Assembly (NCBI RefSeq): GCF_006345805.1
Contig: NC_043006.1
Coordinates: 18,476,001-18,540,000, forward strand
DNA: 64,000 nt
Origin: Octopus sinensis
Lineage: Eukaryota
Direction of reading: 5' to 3'
Shown here: piece by piece, positions 39,578 through 52,465 of the stretch
Layout: each line of letters begins with the position of its first letter
Numbering within the stretch: the stretch's first letter is position 1
Notes under the pieces: model-generated
Database searches by the model: none
The model's input: the letters and a program-made list of their open reading frames with translations, nothing else
Told to the model about the DNA's origin: nothing
Made by a program: the position numbers and the translations under genes

Positions 39578-39805
39578 AGTGGCAGAATCGCTAGAACGCA
39601 GGGCGAAATGCTTTGCGGTATTTCGTCTGCCATTACGTTCTGAGTTCAAATTCCACCGAGGTCGACTTTGCCTTTCATCCTTTCGGGGTCGATTAAATAA
39701 GTACAAGTTACACACTGGGGGTCGATGTTATCGACTTAATCCATTTGTCTGTCTTTGTTTGTCCTCTCTGTGTTTAGCCCCTTGTGGGCAATAAAGAAAT
39801 AGGTA
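39578..39805 (+). mobile_element. SINE family B1
   Basis: TGGCAGAATCGCTAG...ATAAAGAAATAGGTATT. Confidence 0.88.
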
Positions 39806-40417
39806 TTGTTCTTGCTCTTCTGTGTGCCTTATTTGTTTACCCTGTGTTCTAATTCCTGTTTTGTTTCTTTATTTTTCCGTTACATCTTCTTGTTCAAACA
39901 GCACTCTATAAGGTATCTGTATTTAGCTTTACATAGTTTAACCTACAGATCGAAGTTTAGAAAGAAATAACACCTCACATAGTTTAAAGTAAAAAGAAAA
40001 AACATTGTAAGTTAATGTGTAATTTCAAAATTCCATTCACTATATCTCAAAATATACAACTTTATTTTCACATTTTATCTGAATTTTATAATGACAGGAA
40101 AGAAATCCCTCACCTCTCTCCGTTTCATAGAAACCCAAAACATAATACAAGAGTTTCAAAAGCAAGACGAAGAATAAAAAAATTTCAAAAGATATTTCTG
40201 ACTCAGGAACTCAGAAAAATCGTTCAGAGCAAAAAAAAAAATAAACAAATAAAATAAAAATAAAAAGAAAGAACGGAATAGAATTTTGAAAAAATTAATA
40301 TTTTACACTACTGATAGAATTTGAATATAAATACATACATACAAACATACATGCATGCGTACGTCCATACACACACTTATGTACATATATATATTTGTAC
40401 ATAATGAAAGTATATAA

Positions 40418-40464
<47 letters not shown>

Positions 40465-40632
40465 ATATTATATATATATATATAATACAAAAACACATGC
40501 ACACATATTTTTGTCTGTGAATATAAAATCGATTCTTTCTATATTTCTTTCCTAGGTTAAGAAGTCGATTTCATACACCAAAAAATGATGACGGTGATGA
40601 TGATGATGATGATGATGATAATGATAATGATG

Positions 40633-40688
<56 letters not shown>

Positions 40689-40692
<4 letters not shown>

Positions 40693-41120
40693 CGATATAA
40701 ACGTATCTGTCAAGACCTAAGCAAATATAAAGATCTTGAAATAGAAATCAGCAAAATGTGGAACCTGAAGACTAAAACAATACCTGTTGTCATAGGTGCC
40801 CTGGGAATGATAGCAGAAGGGGTTGATTGCTACCTAACTCAGATACCAGGAAACCCCAAAATGGCAGAAATTCCAAAGATAGTGTTCATGGGAACTGCTC
40901 ATATCCTACGCAAAATACTTTCTATGTAATCTCAAGGTTTAAAACAAACATAATTTTTTTCTTTTTTTTTAGACATTCACTAGTACAACACCAAAAACAA
41001 AAACCCCAAATATATGGCACACTAGGCATAACAACAACATGAACTTCCAACCTGTTGTCTCTTGAGGTCTCTGGGTGAGACTTGGAGCCAACTTGTACAA
41101 ATATAAAGCAAAAGTCAAAC
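40689..41120 (+). mobile_element. R4/Dong-type 3' fragment (ORF end + 3' UTR) within (AAT)n
   Basis: LSKYKDLEIEISKMWNLKTKTIPVVIGALGMI...KIVFMGTAHILRKILSM*; (AAT)n on both sides. Confidence 0.92.
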
Positions 41121-41206
<86 letters not shown>

Positions 41207-41231
41207 TAATAATGATATTAATGATGATGAT

Positions 41232-41268
<37 letters not shown>

Positions 41269-41529
41269 CGACGACGACAATGAGGATGAGGATGACGATG
41301 ACGATGACTATGATGATGATGATGAGGATGATGATGATGGTAATTAGTGCTTCTCATCGATGAAAAGTTTCAAGCATTGTACATGAATGTACATGAAATG
41401 TATCTGTGTATCTGAAGTTGATGGAAAAATCACTATTTATATCATACTCTGAATCTATTCCCCATTCAGATCAACATTCAGATCAACAGGTGTAATACAG
41501 TATAGATAGAATGTAAAATAAATAAATAT

Positions 41530-41616
<87 letters not shown>

Positions 41617-42162
41617 CAAATATACATACAAATATACTCATCTATATTCATATATCTGTCTATCTATCCACCTTTGTCTCTCTCTCTCTCTCTCTCTCTC
41701 TCGCTCAATCTCTCTGTGCATATATATATAAACATGTGTGTGTGTCTCTCTCTCTCTATATAATGTTTGTGTGTGTATATATATATATTTATTATGTGTG
41801 TGCATATACTCATATAGATACATACATACACCACACACACACGCACGCACGCACACACACACACACGCACGCATACACACACACACACACACACACATCT
41901 CTGGAGAACCACCTCGCTTTGTCTTTTATAAATTTTCTGCTAAAATAGTTGTGTAAACATCACCGTTGTTTCGAAAAAAGTTTGGGAAAATAAATATCTT
42001 GGAGTTTGTTATTGAGTTTTGTATAAATGAATAACCATCGGACAGGTTAGTAGTTAGTTTAGCATATTTAGATTTCAGTTCTATAAATGGAAACAGCACA
42101 CCTTTATGAGTCATTCTAAAGACTTCTAATGGTCAGCGAATGGCCAGAGTTTAAAGAAGAAT

Positions 42163-42312
42163 TGGCTGTGTGGTAAGAATCTTTCTTCCGAAGCATATGC
42201 TTCCAGGTTCAGTCCCACTGTGTGGCACCTTGGACTAGTGTCTTGTAATATAGCCTCGGGATGACGAAAGCCATGTGAATAGATTTGGTACGAAAACTGA
42301 AAGAAGCCCGTT
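42163..42312 (+). mobile_element. SINE family C 5' half
   Basis: GGCTGTGTGGTAAG...GGTTCAGTCCCACTGTGTGGCACCTTGG...GAAAACTGAAAGAAGCCCG. Confidence 0.78.
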
Positions 42313-42314
42313 GA

Positions 42315-42345
<31 letters not shown>

Positions 42346-42699
42346 ATATATATATATTAAAGAAATGTCGAGTTTTAATTCGGCTAATCTAGAAACGTTG
42401 AACGTTCTCAAATAATCTTTGTACATATGATATTTTGTTGTTTTCCCTCCATATCTACGTGAATTATTTTTGAGTAAGCACTTTCCAGGGAGATTCTTCT
42501 TAAAGTAGTAGAAATGGCTAATGAAAATTATTTTGGCTGCTATTTCTAAAAATTTCAATATGTGGCAAAGTAAATTATTTTAATGAGCCCTTAATTATAT
42601 AAAGTATATATATATATAATAATATATATTATATATATATATATAATGAAAAACAAGTCAAAAATAGAAAATGCTAAAATAATTTTATAGTGAACATTT

Positions 42700-42737
42700 C
42701 AGTACCGGTTTCGGTCATTTTGAGACCTTTTCAACTG
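42700..42737 (-). ncRNA. Minimal type I hammerhead, U3-A8 core
   Basis: Minus: CAG-TTGAAAA-GGTC tcaaaat GACC-GAAA-CCGG-TA-CTG; within a (TA)n-bounded ~240-bp unit (~42640-42865). Confidence 0.65.
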
Positions 42738-42888
42738 TAACGATTAAATAATTAAATTTAGAAAAATTAGAAGAAAAGTTTTTTTAAAAGAATATTTCTA
42801 TAGTAGTGTTCAGATTTAAGTGGCATTCTGCCTTTCTCTGACTCGTGTGTTCCTTTTCACCCTTATACATACATATATATATATATAT

Positions 42889-43095
42889 ACTCTTTTACTT
42901 GTTTCAGTCATTTGACTGCGGCCATGCTGAAGCACAACTTTCAAGGGTGTTTTTAGTCGAATGAATTGATCCTAGTATTTATTTCTTTTTAAAGCCTGGT
43001 ACTTATTCTGTCGGTTCTTTTTGCCAAACCGCTAAGTTACGGGGACGTAACACGTCAACACTGGCTGTCAAGCCAGTGAAGGGGGACAAACACAC
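42889..43095 (-). mobile_element. SINE family C 3' half
   Basis: CTCTTTTACTTGTTTCAGTCATTTGACTGCGGCCATGCTG...GGGGACAAACAC. Confidence 0.8.
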
Positions 43096-44019
43096 ACACT
43101 CTATGTTTTTGTTTTTTTATATTCTCGTTTCTCATTCTGTCTACGTTTTTGATATCTTGTTCCCATATATGCATGTATAAATACATATATATGTAGGTAT
43201 GTGCATATATGTGTATATGCATATATTTATATGTTATTTACATTATTATATGATCGAATGCTACGTATCCTTTTCCAAGTAAGTTTTATCTTAATAATTA
43301 CGATGCGCGCACTTATTCTCTCTCTTTTCTGTCTATCTATCTCCCTCTCTTATTCTTCCTTTCTGTTTTTCTCTCCCACCCTTTCCCTATTCCTCTCCTC
43401 TCCCCTTCACTGTTCCATCTCTCTCCCTCTCACTCTTCCTCCTTGGCACTCTCGTTGCTCACATGTGACTAACGGCCATTCTTTCTTTCTACCACTTCCT
43501 TCCTAAAGACAAGACGTGCTTTTATCTGTCTCTTCTCAAAACTCGCTTTTCCAGCGTTCACCATTTCACATCATCTAAGCTTACAACCCTCACCGTTTGT
43601 TTTTACTGTTTTGTTCTCACTGTCCTGTTTTTTGTTACCGCTTTCATCTTCCGCACCCACCCCCCCAAATTTCATTTAATTTGCTTTGCGGGAAGGATTG
43701 TTTTAACGAAGTTGCGTCTTGTCCTTACCTTCGAAAAGCGGAGTAGATAAAACAGGTGACAACTGATGTTTGTTTGTTTTTTTCGTTGTTCGAAAAAAAG
43801 TTCATTTTCTATGCTTTTGTTTTTTGTCTCGTTTCTCATTCTTTCTACGTTTTTTTATGTCCTGTACCCATACATGCATGTATATATACATATATATGTA
43901 GGTATGTAATATATGTATGTATATTTGTATACATTTATATATTATCTATATTATTATTATTATATATTTATATATATATATTTATACACACACATACATA
44001 CATACATACATACATACAT

Positions 44020-44092
<73 letters not shown>

Positions 44093-44094
44093 AC

Positions 44095-44512
44095 ACGACA
44101 AGCTTCTGTCAGCTTCCGTCTATCAAATCTACTCATATGGCTTTGGTCTGCCCGAAGCTATAGTAGAAGCCACTTGCTCAAAGTGACATGCAGTGGGACT
44201 GAACTTGGAACAATGTGGTTGGGAAGCAAGCTTCTTACCACACAGCCACGTCTTTTCATTATATGTGTGTGTGTGTGTGTATGTGTATGCACATGTGTGT
44301 GTCTTTGTGTTTATGTTTGATCCTTCCCTATCGGTTGACAACCGGTGCTAGTGTATTTACGTTCCTGTAGCTTAGCAATCGAATAAGTACCAGGCTTTAC
44401 CAAAAAAAAAAAAACGATAAGTACCAGGGTCGATAAGCTCGATTACAGGACTACAAGGCGGTGCCCCAGCATAGCCGCAGTCTAATGTTCGAAACAAGTA
44501 AAATGTAAAAGA
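44095..44512. mobile_element. Two family C halves: 5' half on minus (44095-44250) and 3' half on plus (44290-44512)
   Basis: Match to family C head (minus) and tail (plus). Confidence 0.7.
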
Positions 44513-44917
44513 TATATAAGAAAGGCAACTCGCAAAACATTTTCCATCAAATTTTGTATTTGTGCTGCTAAATCTCTCAGCAGCAGTTGTTTACTATGAA
44601 TTTGTTCAGACAAGCAGTGAATGTAGTTTGACATGTCGAGGTTGCGTCTCGACTAACAGGAGTGAGCAAATAACAGGAAGAGTCATAATCGTGAATTCAT
44701 TGCGTGTATTTTTATGCAGATAAGCACAAACGAATGAGAAGCAATCGATACATACAGGTCCGTACGTGTATGAGTGTGTATGTGTATGAGCTGTATGCTT
44801 GCAACATATCTTCCTGTCTGTCTATCTCTTTCTCTCTCTCTCTCCCTCTCTCTCTTTCTGTATATATATGTATATATATTATATATATATAATATATATA
44901 TATATATAATATATATA

Positions 44918-44959
<42 letters not shown>

Positions 44960-46299
44960 ATATATATGTATATATATATGTATACATATATATGTATATG
45001 TATATACATACACACACACACACATATATATATATACACACATACAAACACACACATATATATGTATGCCTAAATGTATATATATATATATTTATATGTA
45101 TATCTCTATCTATCTGTCTGTCCGGTTTCTTTTCTGTACCCCCTCGGATATATATAGTGAGAGAGAGGTACACACACACACATACATACATACATACATA
45201 CATACATACATACATACATACATACATACATACATACATACATACATACATACATACACACATACATATATATCCCTATATATGTACATATAGTTTACTG
45301 TTCCATTATCTGTGAGAAATAAATATCGTTGAATGTACACAATGTGAAAATGCGAGCTACAAATAGTTTCATGCATTGGAGACACGAGTCTAGGTAGGTT
45401 TTTTTTGTAACAGCACGCATCGGACTAATCGGCCACAGCTGGACACACCGTGGCCCGTCTTCTTTTCTTATGTGATATCCTTGGTCATCGTCGACAACGA
45501 CGGAAGAACTGATATACGTTTTTGTTCTATTCCTTACCAACGTAGTAATGGCAGCATAGAAACTCAAGACAGGAATTTAGACTAGTAAACATAAAGACAA
45601 ATAGGTACCTACATGGACGCACACAAAAACACATACTCACATGCACACTCACACATATAAACACACAGACACGTTCGAATAAACACGCTGAGTGGTCAAC
45701 TCGAGGCTGCAATATAAAACGCTTGCTCAATTTGTTGTGCAAAGAGAATGAACCTGGCACGACGGAGTCCAAAGCCATCTTTTAACAGTTAACCGTGCAT
45801 CTTTTAGCGAGATATTCTCGATTATATAATACTAACTGACCACGTGCCGTCAATAATGACGGCTAATTGTAAGTTTGTCTTCCACCACCGCTTGACAACC
45901 GGTATTGGTTTGTTCACGTCCTCGTAACTTTGTGGTGCGGCAAAAAGTGACAAATCGAATACCAAGCTTTAAAAGATATAAATATTAGGATCAATTAGTT
46001 CGGCTAAAATATTCAAGGCCGTGCTCCAGCATGTCCGTAGTCTAATGACCGATAAAAAGTACACATACACACACACACACACATATATATATAAAGTACA
46101 TATATATACATATATATAGAGTATCTAAATAAAATGAAATAAAAGAAAGTTCAATACAAAAATAAGAAAAATAAATGAAAAAATAACTAAAGATTGGTAG
46201 ATGAGTGAAAAATAGATAGAAAAAACAGGAAGTGTGAACGTGATGGGGGAAAAAGAGAGAAATAGCTAAAAAAAAATCGAAGCTAGATAGCTTATATAT

Positions 46300-46930
46300 A
46301 AGCGGAGATCTATTAACTTCCGAAACTATTTAATTTCACAAGAAGACTTAAGTCCTGTTCCGAACTCTTAGAGAACTATCTGATACCTCGAAATAGTAAC
46401 GAACTACAGCAGGCGCTGGGATATTTCATGTATTATGTCGGATGTATTTCTTCTTGCTCTTTGGAAATTGGACTGTTTGTAAGTGTAAGTGTTCCTCAAG
46501 TTGAGATCGCAATAAAATCTATCAATTCCAATAAAAATAATATTAAACAGGCAGCTGCGACCTCAATCGATAATTTGCCTTTTACTATTGAAATGCATGT
46601 TACTGATGAAAGTTTTGCTTTAAAATTATCACTAAGAGGTAGATCTTTGGTATATTTCTCAACGTTTATAATTCTTCCTGGAAAAAAAAGCACTCTTTTT
46701 ACCACATTATTGAAAAAGAAGCTAATGCAGTTAGAGAAGCGATGAGAAAATGCAGATGCTTCTCTACGGAACATTTTTAGCGACACATCTAATATCCGCT
46801 TCGTTTATGTCTGGCAATAAACACTGTAGGCCTAAAATTGATAAGATCCTAAGCTGGTCAATCGTTTCTACCGTCTCTCTTACACGATAACTCTGGTTTC
46901 GGAAAATTTTTCAGTTGATCATCTGTCTCG
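46300..46930 (+). mobile_element. Ty3/Gypsy pol relic (RT end to RNase H)
   Basis: Broken frames: SINF..YLIS, IPRNSNELQQALGYFMYY, IKQAAATSIDNLPFTIE..DESFAL..SLRGRSLVYFS, IEKEANAVREAMRK, IDKILSW. Confidence 0.7.
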
Positions 46931-46987
46931 TACCTATGCTATTTTTTTTAGCCGGTGCAGTACACTAAATTTACACAAATTGGCATA

Positions 46988-47384
46988 TCTTTATATATAA
47001 AAGTAAGGTTGTGTTCTGTCTCCTACGATTTAGATTCCTAACTACTCCCACATTTTGCGGTGCAGTTTAACCAAAACCAGGTATCTTATAGTCGTGATTC
47101 ATATCGAGCCCTTCTGGGTATTAGCGCGCGTCTACGATGAGTCTACGATTTTAAAAATAATTTACCATCATATTTTTCCATTTTAATGCACTTTTTTCGC
47201 TATTATATAAGGGAAGTAACTCTCTAAAAATGTCTACGATGAGTCAACGATTTAAAAAAAATTTACCATAATTTTTTTTCCATTTTTAATGCATTTTTTT
47301 TGCTATTTTTTGGCTATAACTCTCTAAAAATGCTTTATAGTTATTTCTCTTGCAAACCCGAGCAACGCCGGGCGATACTGCTAG
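46988..47384 (+). mobile_element. Non-autonomous Helitron
   Basis: A|TCTTTATATATAAAAG...CCCGAGCAACGCCGGGCGATACTGCTAG|T. Confidence 0.9.
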
Positions 47385-47877
47385 TGAATAATAAACCTAA
47401 CTTGTATCAACTTGTATCAACTGTATGTGTCTGTTTATGTTCTTCCCACCACTATCATTTAACAACCAGTGATGGTTTATTTGTATCTTCGTAACTGAGT
47501 GTTTCGGCCAAAAGACTGATTGAATAAATACCAGATATGTATTCAGGTCGATTTATTTGACTAAATCCTTCAAGATGGTGTTCCATTATGGCCTAAGCTC
47601 CTTAACTGTAACAAATAAAAGATAAAAGCAAATCGTTAATCTGGACGATTGTCAATAGATTTTAAAGGAATTCCTTTTCATTCTAATAATTCGAATTTAC
47701 TGCAATCGAAGAATTTTCCCTTTTTGAATTCGGCCTTCTATGCTGTGGTATTTCTACCCCATACCTGCCATCCCAAATTTGGTATATTTAATCTAGACAC
47801 ATTTTTCAGTGAACTAGCATTTTTAATTCCTTTGTCTCACTTCAAGAGACTTCATTATTTTTTATACCATTTGAGGT

Positions 47878-48088
47878 GATGTGCTGGCAACGATGTTAGC
47901 ATGTCGGACAAAACACTTAGCAACATTTCCCTCGGATTTACATTTTGAGTTCAAATGCCACTAAAGTCAACTTTGCCCTTCTTCTTTCCGAGGTTGATAA
48001 AATAAGTACCAGCTGGGCACTGGGGTAGAAGGTATCGATTAGCTCCTTTCCCCAAATTACTATGGCTTCGTGCCCATCATAGAAAGAA
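47878..48088 (+). mobile_element. SINE family B2, degenerate
   Basis: GCTGGCAACGATGTTAGC...GAGTTCAAATGCC...AAATAAGTACCAG. Confidence 0.72.
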
Positions 48089-48207
48089 TTATTATTATAA
48101 CATTCCAGATATTTCGTCTTTTTTAGAATTCTTTTAGGTTTAGGTCCAATTTTCCCCATTAGGAGCCTTGTTAACTCGTTTGATAAGTTTCTTCCTTTTA
48201 TATCATA

Positions 48208-48430
48208 GTAGCAGTATCGCCCGGCGTTGCTCGGGTTTGTAAGGGAAATAGCTATAAAGCATTTTTAGAGAGTTATAGCCAAAAAATAGCAAAAAATGCA
48301 TTACAAATGGGAAAAAAATGATGGTAATTTTTTAAAAATCGTTGACTCATCGTAGACATTTTTAGAGAGTTACTTCCCTTTTTTAATAGCGAAAAATGCA
48401 TTAAAATGGAAAAAAATTATGGTAAATTTC
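48208..48430 (-). mobile_element. Non-autonomous Helitron, 3' portion only
   Basis: Same hairpin end; terminal CTAG has one substitution. Confidence 0.8.
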
Positions 48431-49379
48431 TAAGTTACAGGGGCAAAAACAAGCCAATACCGGTGGTCAAGAGGTTAGGAGAAATATAAAGAACGACACA
48501 TACACAACGGGCCTCCACATAATTTCCATCTACAAAATTCCCTCCCAAAACATTGGATGGCGGGGCTTATTGTAGAAGACACTTGCCCATGGCACAACCC
48601 TGTAGAACTATACACAGAACCTAGATGTTGCGAAACAAGCTTCAGCCCTACTTGTACCTTTTTTTCTACAATGAAAATCTCATTAAACGATATTGGTTGA
48701 ATGACTTGATGAAGAACACGGCGCAAGAGCAGGAATATTGTCAAGATGGTATAAACAGCTTGCAAATATTCTAGCCTGGTTGTATTTCTGCTCGTTCTGC
48801 TTATTTCATCAAAAAAAGTTTTAAAGATTAAAATTCTGTTTAATCTTGGGTTTTCTTTAAACTGGATTTGAAAATTTATGGCTCGTCAAATCAAAGCTGG
48901 AATGGAAAACTTTTAAAAGCTATAAATCTTTTTGCAGAAAGAACAGCACAAAGCTAGAAAGATCTCTATTTATACATCTTGTAGTGAAATTGCTGAACGA
49001 TAGCTTCAGTTAATTCAATTGACAAATTACAGTTTCAAAGCATTTCTTATAGTGGTCAGAATGACAAGAGTGTATTTGTATCTCGGTGCAGAATAAATAT
49101 CACACATGTTATCATTCCTAAATTATTGTCATTTCAGTTTTGTTGTGATTAAAGAACTGAAATGCTCACGTGACTTCAACTGACCAATGGAAGCTGCTAT
49201 ATTGCTATTTAGAAGCTATTTTAAAAATTCATTTAAATTCTCTCCACACGCTCTCTCCCTATATCTGATGAAGCGGATGTGTTCTACGCCATGAAAATTT
49301 AAATAATGCGGAGGCTGGTTAAACTTAATTTTTAAGTCTCTAACTGGATGTGTTGACTGCTTCTTTCGCTTGTTACAAC

Positions 49380-49432
49380 ACACTCGAATTAACGCATTTC
49401 GATGGGATTTCGAAATGCGTTAATTCGAGTGT
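49380..49432. repeat. Perfect 23-bp inverted repeat with 7-nt loop
   Basis: ACACTCGAATTAACGCATTTCGA tgggatt TCGAAATGCGTTAATTCGAGTGT. Confidence 0.97.
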
Positions 49433-50527
49433 ATATATAAGTTTATAAGTGACGAAGGTAGCTAATATGAGAGGTGGTGGCTGGAGACTAAACAGCTACT
49501 TAGGCAGTACTTTCCGAGCAAATCAGCAATGGACGCACAGATATATAATTACAAAGATTCAAAAGCCTACAAGTTTGTGAGGTAAAAAATAAGACATGAA
49601 ACGTCTGAGGTCGGGATGCACAATTAGAGAAATTGGGGTCGAGATTTCATACCATATAGAACTGTTTTCATTTGGAAAATAAGCCTTTGTCAGTTGAGTT
49701 AACGTTTCGATGATGAGACAAGGAGTCAGAAAACTTCAAAACCAGAGAGGTGGTTGGGGAGAGTTTATGAGTAGCCGAGGAGTTGAATTGGTTAGCCACA
49801 GATTTCAATACTAATGATGTTATTGGCATACATTCAGGTAGTGTTGCCGGAAGGGATCATCCAGGCATCGACCGGTCCGATCTATTTAAAATACATTATA
49901 TTAATAGCATACAATGCACGAATCAGATTAATAGAAATGCAAAGAAGTGGTCAGAAACTTAGATATTGGAATGGGGTTATCTCGAGTTAGGACGTTGGAA
50001 ATGAAGGGATAAATGCTGTGTCTGGTTTTAGAGGAGAGCAAAGTTTCAGATTCACTGTGGCGAGGAAAAAAAGGGCTGTTGATTAGAAATGTTTGAGTAT
50101 GTTTCTGTGTGTGTATGTATGTGTGTGTGCATGCATGAGTGCGTGCATGCCTATGTGTGTGTATGTGTATGTGTGTCTGACTGTGCGCGTGTGTATGTTT
50201 GCATGTACATATATTTATGCACACGTGTATGTAATGCTATTTAAATTCCACGACAAATAAAAATATTTAGTACTCAAAGTGTATCTCTGTATATCTCAAG
50301 GTGCAGGAGGAGGACTCGAATCGTACCACATATTAATTCGCTGGAATCCACCGCTGGGCATGTCATAGAATAGTTGTTGTACCAGTAAGCGTAAAGCTGC
50401 CACTAATCCGTATAATTTACGCCTGAGATTTACGCACCTTTGACAATTTGTCCATGCTTTGTTCATGAAAATATACGTAAAATGATGAAACTAAATATTC
50501 ACGTAAAAATATTATTTTCATATGTAC

Positions 50528-50560
<33 letters not shown>

Positions 50561-50734
50561 TAAGAAAGTTTGTTTGGTAAAGCACGTGGGTGAATATATA
50601 AGAAAATAGTAAAGTGTGAAAAAACGACAGAAGGCTTAAATGTTAAAATATATATATATTTGTGTCAAAATGTCTGGAGAATATTGGAAAAATTTTTTTC
50701 CTTTCCTTAAAATGACATAATTTTAAAATTTTTA

Positions 50735-50774
50735 AAGAAATTACCGGTTTCGCGTGTAGCTTTTCAAATTTCTT
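50735..50774 (-). ncRNA. Minimal type I hammerhead, U3-A8 core, in the sense pseudo-LTR
   Basis: AAGAAAT-TTGAAAA-GC tacac GC-GAAA-CCGG-TA-ATTTCTT; 7-bp perfect stem I. Confidence 0.7.
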
Positions 50775-52425
50775 GTGACGTTATGTTTATATTGCATGGA
50801 GTTATCGTTGTGTTTATTAACAGGAGATTTCTAAATAAGGGAAGGTAGTGAGTGATTTCTTCCGGTGTAAGGGAGATAATCGCTTAAAACTTTTTTTTTC
50901 CTTTTTCCTTGTTAATTTCTCTGTGTCAGTATGTTCGGATGGTTGAGTCTGGGTTTGTACTTTTCAATGAAGAATGTTTCCTTGTTCAGTCTCATTTGTG
51001 TTGATGATCCGAAAGCACATTGGTAAAATGGGAAGATTAAAAATTGTGGCAGTATTTGCTTTGCGCATTTCTCAATGTGATCACTAAAAGGTATCATTCT
51101 ATATTCTGGGAATGCAATCTGTTGTCGATGCAGTGTGCATCTACGCCTGAGTGATAGTCCCGTTGAACCCACGTAGTCTTGGTGGCAGCCCGAGCATTTA
51201 ATAACATAAATTATGTTTTCAGAGGCACAAGTAAAGTTAGATTTGATCTTGAATTTCTGTCCCTCTTTAAAGAAGAATTCTGATCCTTCCAATAGGTTAG
51301 GACATGTTGCACAGTTCGATCTACCACATTTTTTTACTTTTGCATCCGTAATTTTAGAAGACAATTTTGCCTTTGTGAGAATCAATTTAAGTGATTTAGG
51401 CTGTTTGTAGCTTTTAATGATTTGGTGTATGTTTAGAATTTCCTTTAATTTTGGGTTTTTATGAAGTATTGGTAAATTCTGGGTGATGATGGTGAAGGCT
51501 TCTTTGTTTCTGGGGTTGTATGTAGATATGTAAGGTAGTATTTTCTGGGAAGGTGTGTTGTTGTGTTGAACTTTTCTTAAAGTTTCTATGTTGATTTCTG
51601 TTGCACGTCTGATCCCATCCTCTATGAGTTGAGCTGGGTAATGTCTATCAATTAGGGTGTTTTTGAGTTCTTGCAGTCTAAAGTTCCTGGTATTTTGTTC
51701 TGACACTATTGTGCATATCCTTCTTGCAAGGTTGAAGGGGATGTTTTGTTTTAGTGTGTCTTGGGTGGCATGAATTAAAAAGAAGGTATTGTTTGGCGTC
51801 TGTGGCTTTGTAAAAAATGTCTGTTTCTATTTTAAGGTTAATTTTTTTAATTAGTATATCCAAGAACGGGAGCTCCTTTTGGTTGTATTCCATTGTGAAC
51901 TGTATATTTGGGTTTATGCTGTTCAATAGGTTTTTAAATTTTAGGAGTTTATCTATGTTTTCATTCCAGAGAATGAAACAATCGTCTAGGAATCGTTTCC
52001 AATTCTCTTTTATGTATTGAGAGAGGGAGTTTCCAAAGATTGATAGAGATTCCTGGTAAATGATTATTTCCATGTATCCCATTGTTAAGTTCGCAATGAC
52101 TGGTGCTGCCCTTGTACCCATAGCAATTCCGGATTTTTGACGGTAAAATGTATTGTCAAACATGAAGTGGTTATTGTGTAGGATGAATTCAATTGATTTA
52201 GTAATGAATTCCTTACTGATCCTTCATTCTTCATTGAAAAGTACAAACCCAGACTCAACCATCCGAACATACTGACACAGAGAAATTAACAAGGAAAAAG
52301 GAAAAAAAAGTTTTAAGCGATTATCTCCCTTACACCGGAAGAAATCACTCACTACCTCCCCTTATTTAGAAATCTCCTGTTAATAAACACAACGATAACT
52401 CCATGCAATATAAACATAACGTCAC

Positions 52426-52465
52426 AAGAAATTTGAAAAGCTACACGCGAAACCGGTAATTTCTT
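52426..52465 (+). ncRNA. Same U3-A8 hammerhead in the inverted pseudo-LTR
   Basis: Identical sequence on plus. Confidence 0.7.

Noticed and set aside
49255-49300. CTGATGAAGCG...CGCCATGAAA hammerhead-like motif
   Set aside because: Stem II is not adjacent to GAAA and stem I does not pair; at most a relic.
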